DNA of 29,721 bases from a virus (lineage: Duplodnaviria > Caudoviricetes): positions 1 through 29,721 of IMG/VR virus record IMGVR_UViG_3300006790_000080; one strand, given 5' to 3'. The translations under genes were made by a program, and so were the position numbers. Shown here one piece after another: positions 1 through 8,869 of this stretch. The notes beneath the pieces were generated by a model. The model saw nothing but the letters and a program-made list of their open reading frames with translations. It did not search any database and was not told where the DNA came from. Each line of letters opens with the position of its first letter. Position 1 is the first letter of the stretch.

Positions 1-13
1 GTGAGAAGAAAAA

Positions 14-517
14 ATGGGTAAATATAAAACCGCACCCGGATATACAGTTGTAAGAGACACAACAGAGCAACAGGGTTACTTCTTCAAGAAGTTCAATACC
101 TGTCAAGGCACTGTACAAAGGAAGCTAGACACAGGCGATTACTCTATTTTAGGCATGGAGGACAAGGTTTGCATAGAAAGAAAAGCCAGTGTATCAGAAA
201 TCGCTCTAAATCTAGGCAAAGGTAAATACGCTTTCTATAACGAAGTAGAAAGAATGAGAGACTATGAACACAAGTTTATAGTTTGTGAGTTTTCTATGGA
301 AGATGTAATGAAATTCCCAGAAGGAGCAAAGATACCAAAAGAGCTTAAAGGCAAAGTAAAAATAACCGGAAAGTATATATTAAGATGCTTAATGGAGTTT
401 GCAGTATTTAATGATGTTCATGTTGTCTTCGCTGGTAGCGAAAGAGGAGCATTTGATTTAATCAGCAGTTTATTAAAAAGGATTAATGAAAAATACACGA
501 TAGGTCGTAAATCATGA
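14..517 (+). CDS. ERCC4 (XPF/Mus81)-domain nuclease
   Basis: VVRDTTEQ, LDTGDYS and VCIERKASVSE match the ERCC4 pattern (D.RE...GDY...ERK..D/E). Stop overlaps the next start (ATGA, 514-517). Confidence 0.8.
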   Translation: MGKYKTAPGYTVVRDTTEQQGYFFKKFNTCQGTVQRKLDTGDYSILGMEDKVCIERKASVSEIALNLGKGKYAFYNEVERMRDYEHKFIVCEFSMEDVMKFPEGAKIPKELKGKVKITGKYILRCLMEFAVFNDVHVVFAGSERGAFDLISSLLKRINEKYTIGRKS

Positions 518-1125
518 ATACCAGAGATAGTGTTGGAGAAATCCACTCTTACAATCTAGATGTAAAAAATAGAGAGATCTATATCAATGAGTTTGATGAC
601 TCAGGGGAGACTGGCGGTGTAGACCACAGAATGCTCCAGAACTTTATAAAAAATATAAATATACTAAAGAATTTAAGTCGAGATCCTATAACTATACATA
701 TGCAAACAGTTGGCGGCTGCTGGTATTCTGGAATGGGGATATACGATGCAATCAAAAGCTGCAAATGCAAGACTACTTTTATTGGCTACGGCCAGCTATG
801 TTCTATGGGTACGGTAATAATACAAGCCGCAACGAGACGCTTAATAACTGATAACTCTGCTTTCATGGTTCATTGGGGTACTAGTGAAATAAGCGGATAC
901 TATCTTAGCTCACAAAATCTTGCTGACTTTGAGAAATACACGGCGCAACAAATGGTAGACATATATGCAGAAAGATGTCAAAAAACCGGCGATTATTTTA
1001 AAGAACGTGAAAACAACTTATCTAAAACCAAAGCATACATAAAAAGAAAATTAGGAGGCGGCGATTGGTATATGACAGCAGATGAGGCTGTCTACTATGG
1101 ATTTGTCGATGGAATTTATAAATGA
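514..1125 (+). CDS. clpP: ClpP-family (S14) serine protease subunit
   Basis: ITIHMQTVGG, GMGIYDAI, GQLCSMG (catalytic Ser), SAFMVH (His) and DWYMTADEAVYYGFVD (Asp) follow the ClpP motif order. ATGA overlaps at both ends. Confidence 0.88.
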   Translation: MNTRDSVGEIHSYNLDVKNREIYINEFDDSGETGGVDHRMLQNFIKNINILKNLSRDPITIHMQTVGGCWYSGMGIYDAIKSCKCKTTFIGYGQLCSMGTVIIQAATRRLITDNSAFMVHWGTSEISGYYLSSQNLADFEKYTAQQMVDIYAERCQKTGDYFKERENNLSKTKAYIKRKLGGGDWYMTADEAVYYGFVDGIYK

Positions 1126-3110
1126 ACAAACTTAAAAAAATAGACGAAGCTTGGCTAAAAATAGATGTAGACGAAAAAGATCTATTCAATCCCACATCTG
1201 TTTTGAATTCATCGGATGATGACTTCCATCTAAAGCTAACTTGGCTTATGACAAGACCAGAATACTTCTCTTTTCTTGTAAAACAAATATTTAACATACA
1301 ATTGTTACCATCACAGGCACTTATATTGTATGAGTTGTGGAATAGAAAGTTTCCCATGCTCATAGCTAGTCGCGGTTTTGGTAAATCTTTTATGCTATCT
1401 CTTTATTGTATGCTAAGAGCGCTTATACTTCCGGGTAGAAAGGTAGTGGTCGTAGGTGCTGCCTTTAGACAGTCTAAAGTTCTGTTTGAGTATATGGAAA
1501 CTATCTGGAACAATTCTCCAATCCTAAGAGATATATGCGATGGAAATTCTGGCCCTAGACGTGATGTTGATCGCTGCGTTATGCGTATTAATGATTCCCG
1601 TGTTACTTGTCTACCACTTGGGGACGGACAAAAAATTCGTGGACAGCGTGCTAACGATATTATTTCTGATGAGTTTGCCAGTATACCTCGCGATATTTTT
1701 GAGACTGTGGTGGCTGGTTTCGCCGCTGTTTCGTCTGACCCTATTGAAAATGTTAAACGGCTAGCAGCAGAAAAAAAAGCGAAAGAACTAGGTGTAGAAA
1801 TACAAGATAAAGACGAGAATAAATTAGAGGACAAAGATAATCAAATCATACTCTCGGGTACGGCCTACTATGACTTTAATCATTTTGCCACGTACTGGAA
1901 AAGGTGGAAGTCTATAATCAAAAGCCAAGGAGACCCAACAAAACTCAGAGAAGTCTTTGGCGGCGAAGATGTTCCAGATAATTTTGACTGGAAAGAATAC
2001 TCTATAATGAGAATACCGTATGAATTATTGCCAGAAGGCTTTATGGATGCCTCACAGGTCGCCAGATCTAAAGCAACCGTTCATGCTGGTATTTATCAGA
2101 TGGAGTTTGGTGCAGTGTTTACGCGCGATTCAGAGGGCTTTTTCAAGAGATCCTTGATAGAATCTTGCGTAGTGGATGATAAAGAGCCAACAAAAGACTC
2201 TAAGGGTAACGAAATTGTCTTTGAGGCAAAACTAATGGGTGATCCAAATAAGAAATATGTCTTTGGTGTTGACCCTGCATCTGAGGTTGACAACTTCAGT
2301 ATAATTGTTCTAGAATTAAACGAGGACCATAGGCGAATTGTTCATTGTTGGACCACAACTAGATCAGAGCATAAAGAAAAAGTAAAGAAAGGATATTCTA
2401 CGGAGACAGACTTTTATTCATACTGTGCTAGGAAAATACGCGATCTTATGAAATTGTTCCCATGTATACATATAGCTATGGATGCTCAGGGCGGTGGCAT
2501 TGCGGTTATGGAGTCTTTACACGACAAAGATAAACTACAAGACGGAGAAATAGAAATATGGCCCGTTATAGATGAAGATAAGCCTAAAGACACAGATGAC
2601 CAAAGAGGATTACATATATTAGAAATGTGTCAGTTCGCTAAGTATGACTGGCTGGCAGAAGCAAACCACGGTCTAAGAAAAGATCTAGAAGACAAAGTTA
2701 TACTGTTTCCTAGATTCGACTCAGTGACCGTTGGTATGTCCAACGTAGAAGATGGAATGAAAGGCAGAATGTATGACACATTAGAAGAATGCGTAATGGA
2801 CATCGAGGAGCTTAAAGACGAACTATCTATGATTCAAATGACCCAGACATCAAACGGTAGAGACAGATGGGATACGCCAGAGATAGTTGTAGCTGCTGGC
2901 AAGAAAAGCAAGATGAGAAAAGATAGGTATTCATCTTTAATTATGGCTAATATGGCGGCTAGAAGAATAGCAAGAGCGCCAACCCCAGAACAATATCAAT
3001 TCTTTGGTGGCTTTGCGTCAACGTTGCCAACAGATTCAAAACAAAAAAATAAAGGAAATATGTATTCTGGCCCCAATTGGTTCACAGATAATATGAAAGA
3101 TATTTACTAA
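1122..3110 (+). CDS. terL: Terminase large subunit
   Basis: Adenine-binding LLPSQ, Walker A ASRGFGKS, IRG...DIISDE Walker B, ILSGT motif, RNase H-like nuclease VFGVDPA...MDAQGGG...KDRYSS. Lies directly upstream of the portal. Confidence 0.93.
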   Translation: MNKLKKIDEAWLKIDVDEKDLFNPTSVLNSSDDDFHLKLTWLMTRPEYFSFLVKQIFNIQLLPSQALILYELWNRKFPMLIASRGFGKSFMLSLYCMLRALILPGRKVVVVGAAFRQSKVLFEYMETIWNNSPILRDICDGNSGPRRDVDRCVMRINDSRVTCLPLGDGQKIRGQRANDIISDEFASIPRDIFETVVAGFAAVSSDPIENVKRLAAEKKAKELGVEIQDKDENKLEDKDNQIILSGTAYYDFNHFATYWKRWKSIIKSQGDPTKLREVFGGEDVPDNFDWKEYSIMRIPYELLPEGFMDASQVARSKATVHAGIYQMEFGAVFTRDSEGFFKRSLIESCVVDDKEPTKDSKGNEIVFEAKLMGDPNKKYVFGVDPASEVDNFSIIVLELNEDHRRIVHCWTTTRSEHKEKVKKGYSTETDFYSYCARKIRDLMKLFPCIHIAMDAQGGGIAVMESLHDKDKLQDGEIEIWPVIDEDKPKDTDDQRGLHILEMCQFAKYDWLAEANHGLRKDLEDKVILFPRFDSVTVGMSNVEDGMKGRMYDTLEECVMDIEELKDELSMIQMTQTSNGRDRWDTPEIVVAAGKKSKMRKDRYSSLIMANMAARRIARAPTPEQYQFFGGFASTLPTDSKQKNKGNMYSGPNWFTDNMKDIY

Positions 3111-3113
3111 TCT

Positions 3114-3122
3114 GTGTATAAT
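3114..3122 (+). promoter_or_regulatory. Putative late promoter GTGTATAAT (extended -10, TGnTATAAT) upstream of the portal
   Basis: Exact 9-mer 3 nt after the terL stop; one of five exact copies, each upstream of a gene start. Confidence 0.72.
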
Positions 3123-3168
3123 ACAATAACAATTGAAATGCATTCCAATTACTTACAGAAGGGTCAAA

Positions 3169-5160
3169 ATGGCTGACGATAAAAATCTAATCACTTGGAA
3201 CGACGAGTCTTCTAAAACCACTGCTATGCAGCAGCACTCAGAATCTATAAATGAATACGCAGGTGTAACCAAAGCTAGCCACTATAGAGATTTTAAAGAC
3301 ATTGAATCCAACAGGTCTGTAAGGCCCGGATTTACAAGCCAAGATTATCATGCGTTTAGACCAGACGAAAAAGTTCCGCACAAGCAAAAGCGGATCATTA
3401 AGATGTGCATGGATGCATATGATAAAGTTGGAATCATAAGAAATGTTATTGATCTTATGGGTGACTTCACTTGTCAAGGTATTAACATTGTTCACGAAAA
3501 TAAAAGCGTAGAAAAATTCTACCAGCAATGGTTTAAAAAATGCGCTGGAAAAGAAAGGTCTGAAAGATTTGCAAACTTACTTTATAGATCTGGTCAAGTT
3601 ATAGCTTATCGTAGTTATGCTAATATAACACCAGATATTGCAAAGTACATTAAATCTATGGGCAAAGACATAACTGTAGAAGTACCACAGTTTGAGCGAG
3701 GTCAAATACCTTGGAGGTATAATTACTTCAATCCTCTATCTGTTGACATGAAAGACAGTCAGCTAAATCTATTCTTAGGTAGAAATAGATTTGAAATAAG
3801 AACACATTCTATACTTGATAACTTTAAAGACGGCTCTATCCCATCGCATGTTATAGACACACTACCTCCAGAGCTAAAGCAGAAAATCAAAGAAGGTGTT
3901 AGAAAGGTAGAGTTAGACCCAGAAAGAGTTTCTGTATTCTACTACAAAAAAGACGATTGGACAAACTGGGCAAACCCCTTGATCTATGCAATCCTTGACG
4001 ATATAATTATGTTAGAGAAGATGAGACTTGCCGATCTTTCAGCGCTTGATGGCGCTATTTCTAATATTAGATTGTGGACACTTGGTAACTTAGATCATAA
4101 AATCTTGCCCAACAAAGCTGCTATCAACAAACTTAGAGATATCCTTGCCAGCAATGTCGGTGGAGGCACTATGGAGCTAGTTTGGGGTCCAGAGCTTACT
4201 TACACTGAATCTAATAGTCAGGTGTACAAGTTTTTAGGCTCAGAGAAATACAATTCTGTTTTAAATAGTATTTATGCTGGACTTGGCGTTCCTCCTACCC
4301 TAACAGGAATGGCCGGAAACGGTGGTGGATTTACAAATAACTTTATATCACTTAAAACACTGGTAGAGCGCCTACAGTACGGTAGAGATCAACTAACAAA
4401 GTTCTGGGAGCAAGAGTGTGAAATAGTTAGAAAAGCTATGGGCTTTAGAAAATCTCCACACATTGTATATGACCAGATGAGCCTATCTGATGAGTCTACA
4501 GAGAAAAATCTTCTTATTCAACTTGCAGATCGTGATATAATTTCTCACGAAACAGTTCTTGAAAGATTCAAAGAAATTCCCGGTGTTGAAAAAATGAGGC
4601 TACGCAGAGAGGATAAAGCCAGAGATTCAGAAACCTTGCCAGAAAAAGCCGGTCCTTTCCACCCTCCCCCAAAACCTCAAGAAATGCAGGAAGAAGAAGC
4701 CAAGCTTGATCAAATAGAAAAAACTACTGATTCTCGACCTGATGGTGGTAGACCATTATTTAAGAAAGACGAAGAACCTAGAAAGAAAAGAGTTGACACC
4801 CCAAAATCCAAACCCGGAGTTGCTGAATTTTTAGTTTGGACCAATAATACATTTGATAAAATATCAGCCACTTTAAACAGCGCTTATTTAGGAATTCATA
4901 AAAAGAAAAACATGAGAGGTCTAACAAAATCTCAGGTAAGAGAGCTTGAAAGACTTAAATTACATGTTCTTTTAAATACAACTGCTATGTCAGATATATC
5001 TGAAGATGACATCTGTAAGACAGTTGCTTCTAACAAGAGAATGCCCCAAGATTTCTCCGATATTCTAAACTCTGGTAAAATTAATCCAGAAAATATGAAT
5101 ATAGAGGATTACAAAAGACACGCTATTTCTGCATTTGTAGAGTACTTTTTAGGTAGATAA
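3169..5160 (+). CDS. Portal protein
   Basis: Position between terL and the protease, with portal-like segments (IIRNVIDLMGDF, KKDDW..WA.P, IYAGLGVPPTL, IISHETVLE) and a Pro/charged tail containing GGRP. ATG 3169 (after GAAGGG) is preferred over the TTG at 3133. Confidence 0.82.
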   Translation: MADDKNLITWNDESSKTTAMQQHSESINEYAGVTKASHYRDFKDIESNRSVRPGFTSQDYHAFRPDEKVPHKQKRIIKMCMDAYDKVGIIRNVIDLMGDFTCQGINIVHENKSVEKFYQQWFKKCAGKERSERFANLLYRSGQVIAYRSYANITPDIAKYIKSMGKDITVEVPQFERGQIPWRYNYFNPLSVDMKDSQLNLFLGRNRFEIRTHSILDNFKDGSIPSHVIDTLPPELKQKIKEGVRKVELDPERVSVFYYKKDDWTNWANPLIYAILDDIIMLEKMRLADLSALDGAISNIRLWTLGNLDHKILPNKAAINKLRDILASNVGGGTMELVWGPELTYTESNSQVYKFLGSEKYNSVLNSIYAGLGVPPTLTGMAGNGGGFTNNFISLKTLVERLQYGRDQLTKFWEQECEIVRKAMGFRKSPHIVYDQMSLSDESTEKNLLIQLADRDIISHETVLERFKEIPGVEKMRLRREDKARDSETLPEKAGPFHPPPKPQEMQEEEAKLDQIEKTTDSRPDGGRPLFKKDEEPRKKRVDTPKSKPGVAEFLVWTNNTFDKISATLNSAYLGIHKKKNMRGLTKSQVRELERLKLHVLLNTTAMSDISEDDICKTVASNKRMPQDFSDILNSGKINPENMNIEDYKRHAISAFVEYFLGR

Positions 5161-5190
5161 TTCTCATAATTAAATAAAAAAAATTTTTTC

Positions 5191-5199
5191 GTGTATAAT
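5191..5199 (+). promoter_or_regulatory. Putative late promoter GTGTATAAT upstream of the protease/scaffold
   Basis: Exact copy in the intergenic gap after an A/T tract; SD GAGGTG at 5205-5210 and ATG at 5215. Confidence 0.72.
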
Positions 5200-5214
5200 T
5201 CTTAGAGGTGATAC

Positions 5215-6699
5215 ATGACAATAAAAATATTCCAAAACGAAATTAACGATGGCATTGGCGAACTTGTTAAAAGTACCGCCAGTGTTGCGTATTGTTCTGA
5301 AGCAGCTATTCAAAAAGATATCCCTGAAGAAATAGTCGCAAAGGCAATTGCTGAAAACAAAGATCAAATAGACCTATATTATTTAGAGTCTGTTTTAGTT
5401 TCTTGTGGTTGGAACAAAAACGACGACGTATTCATGCCAGAGGCAACTTGGGCAGCAAGGAATACCCCGGAAGATAAACAATTCAATTTTATGCACGATG
5501 AGAGTGACATCATCGGACATATTACCGGTAGCTATGTGCTATCAAAAGACGGCAAGGCGGTTTCCGATGATTCCCCTATGCCGGAAGACTTTGATATAAT
5601 CACTCAAGCCGTTCTTTATAATAGCTGGACAAAAAGCGAAAATAAAGAAAGGATGGAGCAGATTATTGCAGAAATCGAAGAAGGCAAGTGGTACGTTTCT
5701 ATGGAATGTCTATTTGCTGGATTTGACTATGCTTTGTCAAATGAAGATGGAGCTAAGAAAGTTTTGGCTAGAGATGAAGAATCTTCATTCTTAACAAAAC
5801 ATCTTAGAGTATATGGCGGAACCGGAGAGTATGAAGGATATAAAGTGGGTAGAGCCTTAAAGAATATTTCTTTTTCCGGCAAGGGTTTGGTGTCCAAGCC
5901 TGCTAACCCACGTAGTGTTATTCTTAAAAGTGTTGCATTTACTGTAGATAACGATTTTAGTCTTGACATAGGAGATTTAAAAATGTCTGAGAATCTTTTA
6001 GAGAAGCAGCTGGCTGACGTTCAGGCTCAACTTGCTTCAGCTAAAGCAGAAAACGAAGCTATTAAAGCTCAAATCGAAGAAGCAAAAGATAAAGAGTTTG
6101 CTTCCAAGGTAGAAGCTTTTGAAGCTACCGTAGACGAGAAAGATGCAAGTATTGCTGAACTTGAAGAAAGTGTCAAAAGCACACAAGCTAAAGTTGCTGA
6201 ACTTCAAGACGCTCTTGCTAAATCTCAAGAAGATCTTGCAGTCGCCATGAAAGAAATGGACGACATGAAGAAAAAAGAGAAGATGGAAAAGAGAAAGGCT
6301 TCACTTACTGACGCCGGTCTCACCGAAGAAGAGGTTGAAGAGTCTCTTGCTAATTTCGACGCTCTTGAGGACGAAGCTTTCCAAGCTATTGTCGCACTCA
6401 TGAAGGAGAAAGACGACAAGAAGAAAGAAGCTGAAGCAGCAATGCCTCCAGCGCTTAAAGAAGCTCTTGAAAAGAAGAAAAAGGATAAAGAAGCAGAAGC
6501 CAAGCCAGCACCACCGGCTCCTCCAAAGAAGCCAATGGCTGAAGAGGCAGAAGCTGACGTAACACCTGAACTTCTTGAAGATGTAGAAACTTCTGAAGCA
6601 ACTTTGGTAGAAGCTACCCCAGAGGTAGACGAAGTAGAATCAACAAGAGCTAGTATTTCTAACTGGCTTGAAAACAACGTTCTCAACAAAAAATCGTAA
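5215..6699 (+). CDS. Prohead maturation protease fused to a C-terminal coiled-coil scaffold
   Basis: N-terminal half has NKNDDVF, FNFMHD..IIGHI (His), VSMEC (Ser) and FSGKGLVSKPANP, as in phage prohead proteases. C-terminal half is an E/K/A-rich coiled coil. Lies between portal and capsid genes. Confidence 0.78.
   Translation: MTIKIFQNEINDGIGELVKSTASVAYCSEAAIQKDIPEEIVAKAIAENKDQIDLYYLESVLVSCGWNKNDDVFMPEATWAARNTPEDKQFNFMHDESDIIGHITGSYVLSKDGKAVSDDSPMPEDFDIITQAVLYNSWTKSENKERMEQIIAEIEEGKWYVSMECLFAGFDYALSNEDGAKKVLARDEESSFLTKHLRVYGGTGEYEGYKVGRALKNISFSGKGLVSKPANPRSVILKSVAFTVDNDFSLDIGDLKMSENLLEKQLADVQAQLASAKAENEAIKAQIEEAKDKEFASKVEAFEATVDEKDASIAELEESVKSTQAKVAELQDALAKSQEDLAVAMKEMDDMKKKEKMEKRKASLTDAGLTEEEVEESLANFDALEDEAFQAIVALMKEKDDKKKEAEAAMPPALKEALEKKKKDKEAEAKPAPPAPPKKPMAEEAEADVTPELLEDVETSEATLVEATPEVDEVESTRASISNWLENNVLNKKS
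5983..6699 (+). CDS. Probable nested in-frame scaffold protein (238 aa) from an internal start
   Basis: TAGGAGATTTAAAAATG at 5969-5985 is a strong SD plus in-frame ATG (codon 257) exactly at the protease/coiled-coil boundary. Confidence 0.62.
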   Translation: MSENLLEKQLADVQAQLASAKAENEAIKAQIEEAKDKEFASKVEAFEATVDEKDASIAELEESVKSTQAKVAELQDALAKSQEDLAVAMKEMDDMKKKEKMEKRKASLTDAGLTEEEVEESLANFDALEDEAFQAIVALMKEKDDKKKEAEAAMPPALKEALEKKKKDKEAEAKPAPPAPPKKPMAEEAEADVTPELLEDVETSEATLVEATPEVDEVESTRASISNWLENNVLNKKS

Positions 6700-6716
6700 T
6701 TATAGGAGATTAAACT

Positions 6717-7208
6717 ATGGCTCTTAAAGCAGATAGATACGAAGAATCAACCGATATCAGCTTTTTCTACAATGCTGGTACGGCTACTCGCGGTGGAGTA
6801 GTTGTTCTTGCTCAAGAAAGCGCTTCTGGTGCTGCTCTTGACCAAGGTGGTAACTTGGTTGCATACCAAGCCGCTGCTACTTCCGATACCCCAGTTGGAA
6901 TCCTTCTTAATGATGTTGTTAACAAGGATCTTACAAGAACTCACCTTAACCAGTATAAGGATGAAGTTCAGAAAGGTGGCAAAGTCACCGTCCTTACTCG
7001 CGGTTGGGTTGTAACTAGCAATGTCGAAGGAACTCCCGGTCCCGGAGATGTCGCATACGCATCCAACAGCAGCGCTGGAGCAATTAGCAATTATGCTAGT
7101 GACGCAACCGGCTCTGGAAACTTGGCTATTGGCCGTTGGGCTTCATCGAAAGATGCTGACGGTTATGCTAAAGTTTACGTAAACCTTCCTAACCACGGCG
7201 CTAACTAA
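6717..7208 (+). CDS. Head decoration/capsid cement protein
   Basis: 163 aa between scaffold and MCP; P.GILL..V, G.KVTVL..G.V.T, P..GD..Y pattern of decoration proteins; SD AGGAGA. Confidence 0.68.
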   Translation: MALKADRYEESTDISFFYNAGTATRGGVVVLAQESASGAALDQGGNLVAYQAAATSDTPVGILLNDVVNKDLTRTHLNQYKDEVQKGGKVTVLTRGWVVTSNVEGTPGPGDVAYASNSSAGAISNYASDATGSGNLAIGRWASSKDADGYAKVYVNLPNHGAN

Positions 7209-7232
7209 TTCTATCAAAAGGAGATAAATACA

Positions 7233-8240
7233 ATGTCATATAAAGAAAGACCTAGCGAAGAATTTCTTAGCGTTCTTCGTCAATCCGGCGATGGAAATCT
7301 TGAGACAGCTATGGCTGCTCAACGAGAATTCGCCGTAGCACTCGAAACCCCACTGCGTAAGGGTGTTTTGGTTGGAAATATTCTTGGTAATATTTTCGAG
7401 AAAATCAATGTAGAACCCGGTGGAAGCACCGAGTATCCATTGGATCTTATCAGCCCCGGACTTGAGGGTGAGCATGTTGCTTACACCAATCCCGGTCACG
7501 GTCGCATTCCTGAGCGTGCGGTCGAGAGCGATTACGTCATGATTCCAACCTACAGCATCACAAGCAGCATCGACTTCTTGTTGCGATATGCTCGCGAAGC
7601 TCGTTGGGATATTGTCGGTCGCGCCATGCAAGTCATGGAAGCCGGTTTCACCAAGAAAATGAACGACGACGGATGGCACACCATTCTTGCTGCTGGTGTT
7701 GATCGTAACATCTTGGTTTATGACGGTGACGCAACTGCTGGTATGTTCTCCAAGAGACTTGTCAGTTTGCTTCAAACTGTTATGCGCCGTAATGCTGGTG
7801 GCAACACCGGTTCAGCTAATCGTGGTCGTTTGACCGACCTTTACGTTTCTCCAGAAGCACTTGAAGACGTGCGAAACTGGGGATTCGATCAGGTTTCTGA
7901 CGCTGTTAGAACTGCGATCTACAACGCTGGTGGAGATGGCGCTCCTATCACCAACATTTTTGGTGTATCACTTCACGATCTTGATGAGCTTGGCGAAGGT
8001 CAAGAGTACCAAGATTTCTTCACGACTGGTCTTGGCGGATCTGTTCAGGGTAATGACCTTGAATTGGTTGTCGGCTTGGATCAAAGCGCTAACGACAGCT
8101 TCGTAATGCCAATGAAGCAAGAGATCTCGGTTCACGAAGATCCAACCATGCATCGTCAGCAGCGCGCTGGCTGGTATGGCTTTGCTGAACTTGGATTCGG
8201 TGTCCTTGACAACCGTAGAGTTATCCTCGGCAGCTTCTAA
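7233..8240 (+). CDS. Major capsid protein (HK97 fold expected)
   Basis: 335 aa with strong SD AAGGAG, canonical position after protease/decoration, followed by a terminator; C-terminal GWYGFAELGFGVLDNRRV resembles MCP ends. Confidence 0.85.
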   Translation: MSYKERPSEEFLSVLRQSGDGNLETAMAAQREFAVALETPLRKGVLVGNILGNIFEKINVEPGGSTEYPLDLISPGLEGEHVAYTNPGHGRIPERAVESDYVMIPTYSITSSIDFLLRYAREARWDIVGRAMQVMEAGFTKKMNDDGWHTILAAGVDRNILVYDGDATAGMFSKRLVSLLQTVMRRNAGGNTGSANRGRLTDLYVSPEALEDVRNWGFDQVSDAVRTAIYNAGGDGAPITNIFGVSLHDLDELGEGQEYQDFFTTGLGGSVQGNDLELVVGLDQSANDSFVMPMKQEISVHEDPTMHRQQRAGWYGFAELGFGVLDNRRVILGSF

Positions 8241-8267
8241 TATTCATTATTAGTTATATATTATTCT

Positions 8268-8301
8268 AGAAAGGTGGTTCAATTGGGCCACCTTTCTTTT
8301 T
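8268..8301 (+). terminator. Rho-independent terminator after the capsid gene
   Basis: Perfect 10-bp stem AGAAAGGTGG (8268-8277) / CCACCTTTCT (8288-8297), extendable by TTC/GGG wobble pairs around an AATT loop, then a T-run. Confidence 0.85.
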
Positions 8302-8322
8302 ATATACTATCTGCCTAGAAAT

Positions 8323-8331
8323 GTGTATAAT
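8323..8331 (+). promoter_or_regulatory. Putative late promoter GTGTATAAT restarting transcription after the MCP terminator
   Basis: Exact copy 22 nt after the terminator; near-copy ATGTATAAC at 8341-8349; SD AAGGAG before ATG 8374. Confidence 0.72.
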
Positions 8332-8373
8332 ACTACATACATGTATAACTAGGATTTATTCAAGGAGTCTAAA

Positions 8374-8859
8374 ATGGCTAATATGTCAGATTTTCTAGAG
8401 TCTGGTTTGCTAAACCATGTCTTTAGAGGTCATAATTTCTTAAAACCGCAGGGAATGGCAATTGCTTTAACAAGCGGTGTGCCAGTTGAATCTGGTTCTG
8501 CAAAAAATCTTATCACAGGTAGTTTTCTTATGGAGCTACCAAAAGATGAAGGTTCCACCGATACAGGCTATCGTAGAGTTGATTTAGGAGATCCCTCAAC
8601 AAACGGTAATGCCACTTGGAAGTTTTCAACGGACGAAGAATTTGCAGCTGGTAGCGGATTTGTTAAAAACTGCAATACTATATATTTTGGAACCGCGCTA
8701 ACAGAGTGGGGTTGGGTTTCTGGTATTGCTATTTGTAGCTCTGGAGTTTGGGGATCTGGAGATCTTCTAATGCAGTCAGAGTTAGATAATCCTAGATACG
8801 TATTTAAAGGAGATTCTTTAAAATTTGATGCCGGTCAATTAAGAATTCAATTTAAATAG
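8374..8859 (+). CDS. Conserved small phage virion protein (family often labelled tail-fibre/structural)
   Basis: MSDFLE..LLNH, IALT..P, GYRR, N..I.F..A...WG.V..IAI and GDSLKF.AGQL.I pattern of a widespread phage structural family; 7 SG dipeptides in 161 aa. Confidence 0.62.
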   Translation: MANMSDFLESGLLNHVFRGHNFLKPQGMAIALTSGVPVESGSAKNLITGSFLMELPKDEGSTDTGYRRVDLGDPSTNGNATWKFSTDEEFAAGSGFVKNCNTIYFGTALTEWGWVSGIAICSSGVWGSGDLLMQSELDNPRYVFKGDSLKFDAGQLRIQFK

Positions 8860-8869
8860 GGTATAACAA

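Noticed and set aside
5171-5190. A8/T6 tract after the portal as a terminator or slippage site
   Set aside because: It is intergenic, AT-only with no GC stem, and more simply an UP-like tract ahead of the GTGTATAAT motif.
7206-7235. Decoration and MCP genes are in frame with only one TAA between them (possible fusion by readthrough)
   Set aside because: TAA is rarely read through, the MCP has its own strong SD, and a short open in-frame spacer is likely by chance.
1122-8240. Intein or intron in terminase, portal or capsid genes
   Set aside because: The ORFs are continuous and of ordinary length, and I saw no intein C...HN ends or LAGLIDADG/HNH motifs.
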